Below, piece after piece: positions 18,814-28,976 of a stretch of 64,000 nucleotides of DNA (position 1 is its first letter; every line of letters starts with the position of its first letter). The DNA is from a virus. The translations under genes were made by a program, and so were the position numbers. The stretch lies in the IMG/VR virus record IMGVR_UViG_3300031603_000002, positions 1-64,000 of that record; one strand, given 5' to 3'. Below the pieces are notes generated by a model. That model was not told the origin of the DNA, ran no database searches, and saw only the letters and a program-made list of their open reading frames with translations.

Positions 18814-19784
18814 TGAAACGACGTTATCCGAAACTTGTCGATATTCTTTTTGAGGATGTGACTGATGATATTGCCAAGGCGGCCAAAGGTGGCCCTGGTG
18901 CTGTTCGTTCATTCGTAGACAATTATCCGGATCCTGATGAGCTGAAGGCAGCCCTTGCTGGCACCCATGATAATGTCAAAACTGACGACACGACGAACGT
19001 ATCAGAACCTACAATGAGAAAAATCAGTGATTTCAAGCCAACCCAGAAAGAAATCGATATGATGAAGTCTGCGGCGTTCCCATTGGGAAGTGCAAAGGCT
19101 CTTGCGAAAGCAATTACATCGAACACGACAGATGCACCCGGCTCAATTACAGTCTCAGGCGATGATGTGATCGATGGGCATCACAGATGGTCAGGTGTTT
19201 GGGCAATTAGCGGACAAAGTGGTATGATCGGCGCTGAGGATTTGGATCTCCCCGGAGATACAACTCAGAAACTCGCCGCCGCGCAACTTGCCATCGCAGC
19301 GCATAAGGACGTAAACCAGGACATGCCAACAGCATCTGGCAAGATCGAAAATAACATTCTAGGCAAATCATCAGGCGAAATTGAAAAGATGATGGTGGCA
19401 AACATAGGCCGCCAGGTAGATCGAAGGGCCCCTGGGCCAATGTTAAATGACGAAATGGTTGCAAACTCATCGAAGGATAAGGTTATTGCCAAGTGGGCTG
19501 GATTCAAGCTCGGTGCTGATGCCAATGAAATAAAGGCAAAAATTATCAAGAAGATTTCGGCGAACCTGGCAACTGTGCCAGGTAACCCAAAGGCACCAGC
19601 CCGAGAGGATATGCCTCAACTAGACCACAAATCGATTGGTGGGAAGGCTGCAAAAGCTGCAATTTATGACAAATTGCAAAACGCTGAAATCAATATCAAA
19701 AACCCGCTGAGCCCGCAGAAAGAATCCGCAGAGCAGGATGGAAACCTATTGACAGAGCGCTGGTGCCGATTGGCTAGCTGCTAA
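18813..19784 (+). CDS. ParB/Srx-like domain protein
   Basis: FKPTQKEI...VIDGHHRW; N-terminal LVDILFE; C-terminal ERWCRLAS. Confidence 0.6.
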   Translation: MKRRYPKLVDILFEDVTDDIAKAAKGGPGAVRSFVDNYPDPDELKAALAGTHDNVKTDDTTNVSEPTMRKISDFKPTQKEIDMMKSAAFPLGSAKALAKAITSNTTDAPGSITVSGDDVIDGHHRWSGVWAISGQSGMIGAEDLDLPGDTTQKLAAAQLAIAAHKDVNQDMPTASGKIENNILGKSSGEIEKMMVANIGRQVDRRAPGPMLNDEMVANSSKDKVIAKWAGFKLGADANEIKAKIIKKISANLATVPGNPKAPAREDMPQLDHKSIGGKAAKAAIYDKLQNAEINIKNPLSPQKESAEQDGNLLTERWCRLASC

Positions 19785-20149
19785 GATATATATTTCTGGA
19801 CCTTTTTATATCGATAGCATTTACTCGGATCAGGGACCGGCGAGTTCCTGGCGTTAAATGTAGCACTTGGCATCCTATTTTTATACACGACGTAAAAATC
19901 GTCATCCTTTGCCATCTCAACAAGCTCATCAAGTGACAACATTCCATCTGTGTGCGATGAAACACTGACTGCGATTGCCTGAAGCGGAGCGTCCTCGGCA
20001 TCGTAAAAAACGAGGCATGACGGCAGCATTGATTGCATGACATTCGGTGTTATCATAGTTGTTTTGCCTAGATACATTTCCATATCAACATAAACAGGTT
20101 CTCCTTTGTAGTTCGGAAGTTCAGCCGGCGTGATTATTTTGTATTTCAT
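19781..20149 (-). CDS. Hypothetical protein
   Basis: Likely start MKYKIITP with GAGG RBS; divergent from 20205. Confidence 0.5.
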   Translation of the reverse strand: MKYKIITPAELPNYKGEPVYVDMEMYLGKTTMITPNVMQSMLPSCLVFYDAEDAPLQAIAVSVSSHTDGMLSLDELVEMAKDDDFYVVYKNRMPSATFNARNSPVPDPSKCYRYKKVQKYIS

Positions 20150-20204
20150 GGTTTTATTTCCTCTTGAATCATAGTATAATATTTTCATACAGAGGTAAAA
20201 GAAA

Positions 20205-20711
20205 ATGATAAAACCATATCCAGCTCCAGAACCCACAGTCATGAGGAAAATTCTTGATGGGAACCGACCGGCTGATTATGTCACATATTGGCATCGAATG
20301 CCGGGAAGGTATGTTTTGAAAGAGACAGGCGAGGATTGCGGAGATGAGGAAACACGCCCGCTATTTTATGGCACGGTGACAGAGTGGTATTCGCTTTTAG
20401 GCGAGGCAGTCTACGATGCTTGGTCGAAAATAACAGATAAGGGCCTTACAGGGATGACGTCAGGAATCATCGTGTCCAAGGATATTCAAACAGTCCTTGA
20501 GACAACGCATTGGTACCGCGGAATATATCATTACTGTAGTTGTTGCACAGCCAAAACTGAGTGGCCAGTGATTGGAGTGATTGACGGGATCCCCGTCTAC
20601 GCCAGCGATGAAGTAGGAAAAAAGGTCGTTGTGTTCATGACGGGTTGCGAGAAGTGTGATCTTGAAGCCATCGCCGAGGTAAGAATTAAGGGAATGAGTA
20701 GGATCAGCTAA
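20205..20711 (+). CDS. Stand-alone paralogue of the MCP C-terminal (A-domain) region
   Basis: YWHRMPGRYVLKETG / FYGTVTEWYSLL / IIVSKDIQTVLE versus MCP YWSRSPGKFLNKQTG / FTGTVREWYETL / IVVGPDVATIFE. Confidence 0.8.
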   Translation: MIKPYPAPEPTVMRKILDGNRPADYVTYWHRMPGRYVLKETGEDCGDEETRPLFYGTVTEWYSLLGEAVYDAWSKITDKGLTGMTSGIIVSKDIQTVLETTHWYRGIYHYCSCCTAKTEWPVIGVIDGIPVYASDEVGKKVVVFMTGCEKCDLEAIAEVRIKGMSRIS

Positions 20712-21427
20712 GAGTCGGCGGCAATCGAGCGACCAAATAGCTGACGCAACGTTTTCCACGCAGGCAATTCCATTTGGCTGATGAACTGGTGATTAGTTTT
20801 TATCGCAGTGTCAACGATTGAAAAACGATGTTTTCTGTCACGTAATGATAACATGTTGATCCCTAGCAAAGAGTGTTCAGGGTTTTCGTGAGCTGATTTT
20901 GCAGCGCCCGACATACGGCGCAGCTCCACATCAAGCTTCATTCCAGGAAATTTGTTTAACCTTCTTCTGAAATCATCTTGTTCCCTTCTTTCCCATGCAG
21001 AACCGTCGCTGTACCAGGCGTCTCTATCGAGTTCATCAACCGACATTGATTTGCCCAGAAATTTGAGTTCACCATTCTGTTTGATTTTCTCCCACACATC
21101 GTTTTTGATAAGAACCTCAGTCCCCCAATCATATCGATGTAATCCACCGCTGGCTGAAATTGCCCACTCAGGTACCTGGTATGCATAGACGTTCCCACGA
21201 ATGCCATGATTGGCACGAATACCACGTGGGTTCGTTGACATAAAGATTCCGCCGTCTTCGTTCTTCGGCAGCCAATCCCGATCCCACCCTTTCCCACGCC
21301 TCTCAGGACGAGGCTGCACAGGTCGCTTGTCAATACGATAAAGCGTTCGACTGTTTTTTCTCGCGCCCCGTATCTCTTTGAGGATCGCCCTAACGAATGT
21401 TTCAAGTTGAAGATTATCGTGCGTCAT
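20708..21427 (-). CDS. Putative ADP-ribosyltransferase-fold protein with leader-like N-terminus
   Basis: LETFVRAILKE; TLYR, IFMSTNP, TEVLI (R-S-E pattern); ATATTTA on - strand at 21433-21439. Confidence 0.5.
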   Translation of the reverse strand: MTHDNLQLETFVRAILKEIRGARKNSRTLYRIDKRPVQPRPERRGKGWDRDWLPKNEDGGIFMSTNPRGIRANHGIRGNVYAYQVPEWAISASGGLHRYDWGTEVLIKNDVWEKIKQNGELKFLGKSMSVDELDRDAWYSDGSAWERREQDDFRRRLNKFPGMKLDVELRRMSGAAKSAHENPEHSLLGINMLSLRDRKHRFSIVDTAIKTNHQFISQMELPAWKTLRQLFGRSIAADS

Positions 21428-21501
21428 GCTTATAAATATTTGATATGTTACATTTCGCTCGCAGTAAGATATTTATTTTTGAACTTCAATGGAGAAGAAA
21501 C

Positions 21502-21906
21502 ATGCCTAAAGATACTAAAGCAAAGAACACACCAAAAAAGACAGAATCGAAAGCGACACCAAAAACTGCCACTCCGGTACATACAGCTCCGAAGCCTTCT
21601 GCTCCGAAGTCGGAAACACCAAAAGTTGCTACCGTAGCAAAACCTGTTGTCCCGAAGGCAGTGGCACCGGCGGCACCAGATCCGAAAGTCCGTAACAAGA
21701 AAATTCATGAGGTATGCAAAGATATTATGGACAACGAGTTTTGGGCTCTTTCGCACGCGGAAGCTCACCCAATCGCTATAAAGATGGTTGATGAGAGTGC
21801 AGAGCATATTCGAACCGTTGTGAAATATTTCTCATTCCATGAACGAGAAAAACTGTGCAATGAGTTGGCACAAAAGCATAATCTTACTCGTTCAAAATGG
21901 GTGTAA
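21502..21906 (+). CDS. Protein with Lys/Ala/Pro/Thr-rich disordered N-terminus
   Basis: GGAG RBS; ATATTTA at 21469. Confidence 0.6.
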   Translation: MPKDTKAKNTPKKTESKATPKTATPVHTAPKPSAPKSETPKVATVAKPVVPKAVAPAAPDPKVRNKKIHEVCKDIMDNEFWALSHAEAHPIAIKMVDESAEHIRTVVKYFSFHEREKLCNELAQKHNLTRSKWV

Positions 21907-21959
21907 ACGATTGATGTGGTTTCTGTTGTTTTACGAACCACTCAATACTTATAATAGAA

Positions 21960-22208
21960 ATGCTTAAAGAAAAAACCAGAGCTGATTCAATGCAAGAAAG
22001 CACCGCTAAGAAACCCCGCGAATTCAAAACAACGAGGCAGTTTACCCAGCTTCGAAAGATGATCGAAACGATCACTGATTTTGAAAACCAACAACTTCAA
22101 AAAGCGAAGTTATACGATAAGATCGTAGAAATCTTGGGGTGTGCAGAATCAACCGCCGAAAAAGTTAAGCGAATTGAGCAAGTTATAACAATACAACAGG
22201 CGGCATGA
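21960..22208 (+). CDS. Hypothetical protein
   Basis: ATACTTA at 21945. Confidence 0.5.
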   Translation: MLKEKTRADSMQESTAKKPREFKTTRQFTQLRKMIETITDFENQQLQKAKLYDKIVEILGCAESTAEKVKRIEQVITIQQAA

Positions 22209-22209
22209 T

Positions 22210-22539
22210 ATGGCTGATGGAAAAGACCAAAGCAACTGGAATGAATATTCGAAACTGGTACTAAAGGAATTAGAAACCTTAGCCTCAGGAATTGATGCCC
22301 TTTCGGAAGAAATGAAAGATCTAAAGGTTAGCTTCGCGACGCTGTCCGCCCGCGAGTCAAAGATTGATGAACTCAAGATCTGGAAAGAGAAGGTTGACGA
22401 AGTTGTGTCGCCTGCTCAGCTCAAGATACTCGTCACTAAAGTAGACAAGCATGAAATATTCATGGTTCGCGCGGTGACCGCTTTCACTGTTATCCAAATT
22501 ATAATGGCAGCAGCCATGGCAGCACTCAAGCTTTTATAG
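22210..22539 (+). CDS. Coiled-coil protein with C-terminal membrane anchor (holin/XhlA-like architecture)
   Basis: Heptad pattern, then hydrophobic AVTAFTVIQIIMAAAMAAL. Confidence 0.5.
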   Translation: MADGKDQSNWNEYSKLVLKELETLASGIDALSEEMKDLKVSFATLSARESKIDELKIWKEKVDEVVSPAQLKILVTKVDKHEIFMVRAVTAFTVIQIIMAAAMAALKLL

Positions 22540-22582
22540 CTCGTCGTTTGCCTACGCTGATATTTATAGGTGAGGTCGAATC

Positions 22583-23752
22583 ATGGCGAGTTTCCTAAAT
22601 ACACTAAACCCAACACCGTACGGCATCTTCGATGCTGACTTAGCATTTCAAAGTGAAGCTGACAGCCTCATTCTGTTTGTTAAGCGAAAGCTCGGTGATG
22701 ATGTCCTTAGCGTTGAACTAACGAAAAAAATGATTTGGATGTGCCTGGAAGAGTCACTCTTCGAGTACGGAAAAATTGTAAATGAGTATCAAGCCAAAAG
22801 TCAATTGACAAACTTCTTGGGTATTTCTACGGGTTCGCTGGAAGGTGAGGAACAGAAATACTCCCGCGAAACCTTGGAATTCTTTCTCAGGAAAGCAGAG
22901 CCGTACGCAATGCAGGCTGGTTTGGGTGGTTCATATAACGCAGCATCCGGCTCAATCACATTAGTGAAAGGCCAGCAAGACTACAATATCTATGAGACAC
23001 TCAACGACGCTGCTGGTGATCCACTCGTCGATTCCAGCCTCAATAAGACTGGCGGCAAAATGAAAATCATGGAAGTGTTTCATTTCAACCCACATGCAGC
23101 GTATCGTTTTTTCAACCAGTCATCTGCAACAAATTACCTGGCCAATGAGTTCTCGTTCGAATCTTTCACCCCGGAGACCGTTTTTTACGTGTTGCCTGTA
23201 TTTGAGGACATTTTACGAGGCGGAATGCTTGATTTGTCGAACAGGGTTAGACGATCAAACTACACGTACAAAATTGTAGGCCAAAACATTCGAATATTTC
23301 CTGTACCGTCATCATATGATCCACAGAAGTTGTGGATGAGGGTGATGTTTGAACCTGATCCGACGGATCCAGATATCAATGATCCGTCGATTTATGGCGT
23401 TTCAAACCTATCAAACATTCCGTTTGGCAACATTCAATTCTCTAAAATCAATTCGATTGGTCGTCAATGGGTCCGTCAATATGCCATGGCACTTGCAATG
23501 GAGCTGTTGGGGTGGATTCGTACAAAATTCGCGTCGGTCCCGATTCCTGGCGGCGATCTTAGTCTCAACGGCCAGGAGTTGCTAACACACGGCAGGGAAG
23601 ACCAAGAGAAACTGCAAACATCATTACGAGAAATGCTAGAGTCAACGACATACGAAAAGCTTGTAGAGGTTGAAGCAGCAGCTGTCGAGAGTCTACAAAA
23701 AATATTACGAAGCATCCCAACTCCAAATGGGCGCGCGATTTTCATAGGGTAG
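22583..23752 (+). CDS. Neck protein (gp13-like)
   Basis: KRKLGDDVLSVEL, WVRQYAMALAMELLGWIRTKF...PGGDLSLNG. Confidence 0.8.
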   Translation: MASFLNTLNPTPYGIFDADLAFQSEADSLILFVKRKLGDDVLSVELTKKMIWMCLEESLFEYGKIVNEYQAKSQLTNFLGISTGSLEGEEQKYSRETLEFFLRKAEPYAMQAGLGGSYNAASGSITLVKGQQDYNIYETLNDAAGDPLVDSSLNKTGGKMKIMEVFHFNPHAAYRFFNQSSATNYLANEFSFESFTPETVFYVLPVFEDILRGGMLDLSNRVRRSNYTYKIVGQNIRIFPVPSSYDPQKLWMRVMFEPDPTDPDINDPSIYGVSNLSNIPFGNIQFSKINSIGRQWVRQYAMALAMELLGWIRTKFASVPIPGGDLSLNGQELLTHGREDQEKLQTSLREMLESTTYEKLVEVEAAAVESLQKILRSIPTPNGRAIFIG

Positions 23753-23756
23753 CATC

Positions 23757-24422
23757 ATGGCAAGGTTATTTTTATCGCCGCGGGAAATAGATTACATCAA
23801 TGATGTGAACAAAGAGCTTATCAAGGACGTTGTAGGGCAGAAGATTTATTACTATCCTGTTCGACCTGACATCATGAAAATTCATGACGTTTACGAAGAA
23901 TCTCCGAGCAAGGTATTCGATCCGCCAATTGAGATTGAAGCCCGTGTTGACTACAAGCCCGACGAGAACAGAATCAATCGCTACGGAATCGAAGAGTTTT
24001 ATACGATTGAGGTGTACTTACATTACAGGGATTTGCTGGATCGTGGGATTGAAACGAAAATCGGCGATTACTTTTCATACGATGTGACGTTCTTTGAGGT
24101 AATACAGCACCAATACGAAAACTCAATTTACGGACAAATTGAGCATGTCATGGGTGTTAAACTGATGGGCCGCCAAGCAAGAAAAGGTCAAATGTCACAG
24201 ACACCACACGGTCCGACGTTCGAAGAATATACTGACGACGGCGCCGTCCAGGATACCTTTGTCCAGCAACGCGGATTTGAAGAGAACAGACTAGGCGAAA
24301 CAGGGGATATCCGTTCGTTGCAGCAGAAAGGCGTGCTAACGGCGCCAATCTCAGGACCAGCCGAGGTTTCATCGAAGGGCGATGAGACAGGTGCCGGTTC
24401 TTCCTTTTACGATGAAAGTTAA
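23757..24422 (+). CDS. Head completion/neck protein (gp14-like)
   Basis: GQKIYYYP...VYEES..KVF; follows gp13-like gene. Confidence 0.7.
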   Translation: MARLFLSPREIDYINDVNKELIKDVVGQKIYYYPVRPDIMKIHDVYEESPSKVFDPPIEIEARVDYKPDENRINRYGIEEFYTIEVYLHYRDLLDRGIETKIGDYFSYDVTFFEVIQHQYENSIYGQIEHVMGVKLMGRQARKGQMSQTPHGPTFEEYTDDGAVQDTFVQQRGFEENRLGETGDIRSLQQKGVLTAPISGPAEVSSKGDETGAGSSFYDES

Positions 24423-24424
24423 TT

Positions 24425-25702
24425 ATGTCAACACGTGAACAACTCGAAGCTAACCGAGGTGGTAATCCACCTTTAGCTGGCGACAATACATCAGGTATCA
24501 ACCTAGAGCTCCCAAGCAGCACGATTGAGGACATCGACCGGGCGCTGTTTGATTTATTTGATAAAGATCTTCCGTTGACATACACATACAAAAAAGAGCC
24601 AAAGAAGATCCCTATCGTGTTTGCCTCAGGTGAACGATTCGCACTAATTGCCAGGAAGAAACCTCTTCGCGACAAAGCCGGAGCCCTCATCTTACCTGTC
24701 ATTTCAATAATGCGAACCAACGTTTCTCAAGATAACGAAATGGGAATGGCATCAAACACAGCCGTCCCTCACATTATCAAAAAACGATTATCGAAAAAAG
24801 ATCCAAGATACCAGCGCTTGCTAAATAAAATGGGCATCAAAAACTCTGATGATTTAGCGACCGGTGAAGCGTTCATAAACGATGGAACGGAAGCTCCGTT
24901 AAAGGATGCAAGACCTGGGCGAATAGCGACACGCAGGGGTGAATATGAGCTGTCAGACAATGTTAGGTCTGGAAACTTACTCACGCCCGAGCTCGACAAT
25001 AACATTTTTGAAGTAATTGAGATGCCTCCTCCTACGTTTATTACTGTGACATATGATATTACGATTTGGGCGCAATACGTGCTACAAATGAATGATATTG
25101 TAATGGCGATCATGACAAACGCACAAAATTATGCGCAGAGGACCTTCCGGATTGAGTCTGCTAAGGGATATTCATATGTTGCCTACATGGACGCATCATT
25201 TGATCCAGCAAACAATTTTGATGATTTCACAGACGACGAACGAATAATTCGAACATCATTTACAATGAAGGTTCCAGGCTTTTTGTTGGGAGAAACATAT
25301 CCAGGAGCCCCTAACCGCCTGCGGTCAATCCTGTCTCAACCTCAAATATCGTTTGAAATGGATATGACATCCGTGCAGATTGTAGATGACGTAGTTGTTG
25401 GTTCACCGAGCGGTGATCCCGGTGACTACGTGCTCGACGATTCACGCCAGCTGTTTGCACCATTGCCTGGTGGGGCGGTTGCCGGCCAAGAGTCAGTGAC
25501 ATATAATAATTCAAAAAATCTGAATGCACGATCTCATGACAGGGACGAATCGGCAATGATCGGAGGCAGCGTGAATGATGTAAATGTACGCACTGTCGAA
25601 TCGATTGTCGACCCATTCACCGGGAAAACGACTCGTCAATACAGCGTTGTCAAAACGAGGACAAATAGAAGCGGCGAAACTATTTATCGCGAGATTTTTT
25701 AG
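24425..25702 (+). CDS. Tail completion/sheath stabiliser (gp15-like)
   Basis: KIPIVFASGER, LPVISIMRT, YDITIWAQY..QMNDIV. Confidence 0.7.
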   Translation: MSTREQLEANRGGNPPLAGDNTSGINLELPSSTIEDIDRALFDLFDKDLPLTYTYKKEPKKIPIVFASGERFALIARKKPLRDKAGALILPVISIMRTNVSQDNEMGMASNTAVPHIIKKRLSKKDPRYQRLLNKMGIKNSDDLATGEAFINDGTEAPLKDARPGRIATRRGEYELSDNVRSGNLLTPELDNNIFEVIEMPPPTFITVTYDITIWAQYVLQMNDIVMAIMTNAQNYAQRTFRIESAKGYSYVAYMDASFDPANNFDDFTDDERIIRTSFTMKVPGFLLGETYPGAPNRLRSILSQPQISFEMDMTSVQIVDDVVVGSPSGDPGDYVLDDSRQLFAPLPGGAVAGQESVTYNNSKNLNARSHDRDESAMIGGSVNDVNVRTVESIVDPFTGKTTRQYSVVKTRTNRSGETIYREIF

Positions 25703-25782
25703 TTGCATGAAATATTCGATTTTGCATTCTCGAGGATACTTACAATGGACGCTTCTTGAACATTTGAAGCTAAGGAGAAAAC

Positions 25783-28700
25783 ATGGCTGAGCAAACATTT
25801 CGATCTCCTGGATTTTTCGACCAGGAAATAGACCTATCGGGTCAGCAGGTTGCGCCCTCTGGCGTGCCAGCCGGTGTTGTCGGCACATCTGAGAAGGGAC
25901 CGGCATTCGTTCCGGTCACTGTCGGATCATTCGCTGATTTCGAAACAAAATTTGGGACACTCAACGCAAAACGTTTTGGCCCATACGCTGTTAAGCAATG
26001 GCTTGACAACAGGAACGCACTCACGTACGTAAGATTACTCGGCGCCGGTGCAAATGAGACTGCAACTGATATTTCAAACACCCGAGGGTCAGGAATTGTC
26101 AAGAACGCAGGATTCAGAATCACAGGTAGCGATTCTTTGAACACGGAACTACCGGGTAGCCAAGGGCTTGTCCAGTTTATTGTGGCTCGCCATGATGCGG
26201 TGGCAAACGATGAAACAAACGGCTACCCGATGTTTACTGATAACAGTAGCATCAACAACGCATCATCTATGAATCTCGTTCGTGGAGCAGTTTTGCTCGC
26301 GACGGGCACACGAATGATGGCGTTAGACAACACCGGTACGTATGCAGATCAATCTGCCGCCGGATACAACTCCGCAGTGGTCGGTTCGGTACCATCGAGC
26401 CCACTAACACAAAACAAGTACTTCAAGCTTGTTCTTAGTTCGTCATCTGGAAAAGATTGGTCATATGACGAAGGTTATGATGGCATCAAAATCCTTACGG
26501 CATCACTTGACCCGCACGATGCGAACTACATTGGCAAGATTTTGAACACCGACCCGCTGAAATTTCAAGAGGAGGAGCACCTGCTTTACCTCGATTTTGC
26601 AGTTGAGCATGCACTCGCTCCTGTGATTTCATCTGTTGTACCAACAGTCGCGCTGGTATCAGGTTCTGAAAATAAGAGCACCTCAGCAGGAACCCCTATC
26701 GGGTTTATGCAATTGTACGGGCGGTATGACACACGATACCAGACGCCACGCACAACGAATTTCATCTCGCAGCCATACGGTGATGCGGAGTACGATTTGT
26801 TCAGTTTCGAAACGATTGATGATGGTGTTTACGCCAATGAGAAATTCAAGGTTTCAATCGCTGGTCTTCGTGCGAGCACAAACGAAAAACAGCCACACGG
26901 TCTGTTTGAAGTGCAAATCAGGTCATTCGAGGACAGCGATGGTAATTCGGCAATACTTGAAAGGTACCCGAATTGCTCACTCGATCCCAACTCTGATCGA
27001 TATGTGGCTCGCCTAGTCGGCGATAAAAAGGTTCGATTTGATTGGGACCAGGAATCACCAGATGAGCGTCGCCTCGTTGTGACAGGAAAGTACCCGAACG
27101 TTTCACAGCGTGTTCGAATCGTAATGAACGAGCAAGTTGAACTTGAAAAGGTTCCAAAGACTTCGCTGCCATTCGGTTTCAGGGGGCTTCCTGTTATCAA
27201 GACAACTGACACATTGACAGACGATGCCACGGCACTTCTCGGTCTCAATGGTGAGGTTATTGGTGGTGCAGAAAGGCGCCGCCTCGGTGTTTACCACACG
27301 TCTGGTACATCGGTAATGGCAACCACAGGTTCTATTGTTCCACCACTTCCTTTCCGAGTGAAAGTAACGAAGGGTGCAGTTCAAGGTGTGAGCCCAACAT
27401 TCCTAGGCGATCCAGGTAGCACAGAACGTGTTGATGGTCGATTATACTGGGGTGTGAAGACTGATCCGTTGCCTGTTTCGTCAAGTAACGATTCAACACT
27501 CGGCATCGCTGATGCGGTCCTTCGCTCAAACGAGGGTGCAGGAATCAATCCACTCGTCAGAACATACACGAAGTTCCAAGGCATCACGAAGATGGACAGT
27601 TTGGTCACAGGATCCGGCGCCGACTTCTTTAATGACAACAAATTCACGTTGGCACGAGTTGCTCTATATAATGCTGCAACTCAGCTTTCTGATGTGACAA
27701 CCCAGGTCACCGGTACAGCACGAGAGCACATGCTCCAGGCTGCATACGTAAGAAATGGTCGTCCGAACCCATCCACATACACCGTCACAGACGGCGCAAG
27801 GACAGGAAGAATCACAATGGCGTCGCTGATTGCAACATCATCAGCGCTGTTCAATCGTTTCACTGAGTATCACAAGTTCACTAACGTGTTCTACGGCGGA
27901 TTTGACGGAACAAATATTCTCGACGAAGACCAAGGATACTTCAGGGATAAAGCGTTGTCGTCTGACACCGGTGGTAAAGCCCAGAAATCTCCAGTCGCTT
28001 CTGATCGAATCGGTCTTGCATTGATTGGAACAGACAACCAGGCTGGTGGAGGTCGACTAAACAACAACGTTGCGTCGATTCGAACAGCCGTTGACATCAT
28101 CACGAACCCTGTTTCATCACGAATCAACCTTTTGGCAATTCCTGGTGTCCGTGAGCCATTCGTAACGGATCATGCATCTGACGCTGTAAAGTCATACGGT
28201 CTTGCGCTGTATGTTATGGATGCAGTGGAATTCGATAAGAATTCGAACCGATTGTACGACGATTCTGAAGCTAACTCTGATGTCACCAAGACAATCGACC
28301 AGTTTGAAACACGTGCAATTGATAACAACTACGTCGCGACATACTTCCCAGATGTTACAATCGAAGATAACGTGAACAACCGCGTCGTCCAGGTTCCGCC
28401 GTCTGTTGCTGCAATGGGTGCGCTAGGTTTCAACGACCGTGTCCAACAGGTTTGGTTTGCTCCGGCAGGCTTCAACCGTGGAGCGCTAGGCTTCGTGAAG
28501 AATGTAGAGAATAGGTTGTCGGCAAAGGATAGGGATTCCCTGTACGATGCGAAAATCAACCCAATCGCAACATTCCCGCGAGCTGGCTATGTAATCTTTG
28601 GACAGAAAACACTGCAGGTTGCACAAACGGCACTGAACAGAATCAACACAAGAAGGATGTTGATTGACGTAAAACGAAGGATTCGTTCCATCGCTCAAGG

Positions 28701-28950
28701 TTTGGCATTCGAACAGAATGACGCGACGACTCGAAAGAAGTTCTCCGCTGACTCAATTCGTGAGCTAACATACGTGCAGGCAAGACAGGGAATCGAAGCA
28801 TTCCAGGTTACTTGTGATGAAAGCAATAATACAACTGCGGAGATTAACCAGAACAAGCTTCGTGGTCAAATCAAAGTGAAGCCCACCCGAGCGATTGAGT
28901 TCATCTCGGTTGACTTCATTATTACAAACAATGGCGTAAGTTTTGAATAA
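25783..28950 (+). CDS. Tail sheath protein 1
   Basis: SPGFFDQEIDLS, KGPAFVP, WFAPAGFNRG, INPIATFP, GQKTLQ. Confidence 0.93.
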   Translation: MAEQTFRSPGFFDQEIDLSGQQVAPSGVPAGVVGTSEKGPAFVPVTVGSFADFETKFGTLNAKRFGPYAVKQWLDNRNALTYVRLLGAGANETATDISNTRGSGIVKNAGFRITGSDSLNTELPGSQGLVQFIVARHDAVANDETNGYPMFTDNSSINNASSMNLVRGAVLLATGTRMMALDNTGTYADQSAAGYNSAVVGSVPSSPLTQNKYFKLVLSSSSGKDWSYDEGYDGIKILTASLDPHDANYIGKILNTDPLKFQEEEHLLYLDFAVEHALAPVISSVVPTVALVSGSENKSTSAGTPIGFMQLYGRYDTRYQTPRTTNFISQPYGDAEYDLFSFETIDDGVYANEKFKVSIAGLRASTNEKQPHGLFEVQIRSFEDSDGNSAILERYPNCSLDPNSDRYVARLVGDKKVRFDWDQESPDERRLVVTGKYPNVSQRVRIVMNEQVELEKVPKTSLPFGFRGLPVIKTTDTLTDDATALLGLNGEVIGGAERRRLGVYHTSGTSVMATTGSIVPPLPFRVKVTKGAVQGVSPTFLGDPGSTERVDGRLYWGVKTDPLPVSSSNDSTLGIADAVLRSNEGAGINPLVRTYTKFQGITKMDSLVTGSGADFFNDNKFTLARVALYNAATQLSDVTTQVTGTAREHMLQAAYVRNGRPNPSTYTVTDGARTGRITMASLIATSSALFNRFTEYHKFTNVFYGGFDGTNILDEDQGYFRDKALSSDTGGKAQKSPVASDRIGLALIGTDNQAGGGRLNNNVASIRTAVDIITNPVSSRINLLAIPGVREPFVTDHASDAVKSYGLALYVMDAVEFDKNSNRLYDDSEANSDVTKTIDQFETRAIDNNYVATYFPDVTIEDNVNNRVVQVPPSVAAMGALGFNDRVQQVWFAPAGFNRGALGFVKNVENRLSAKDRDSLYDAKINPIATFPRAGYVIFGQKTLQVAQTALNRINTRRMLIDVKRRIRSIAQGLAFEQNDATTRKKFSADSIRELTYVQARQGIEAFQVTCDESNNTTAEINQNKLRGQIKVKPTRAIEFISVDFIITNNGVSFE

Positions 28951-28976
28951 GACGATACGTAAAGGTAGGAGATAAA

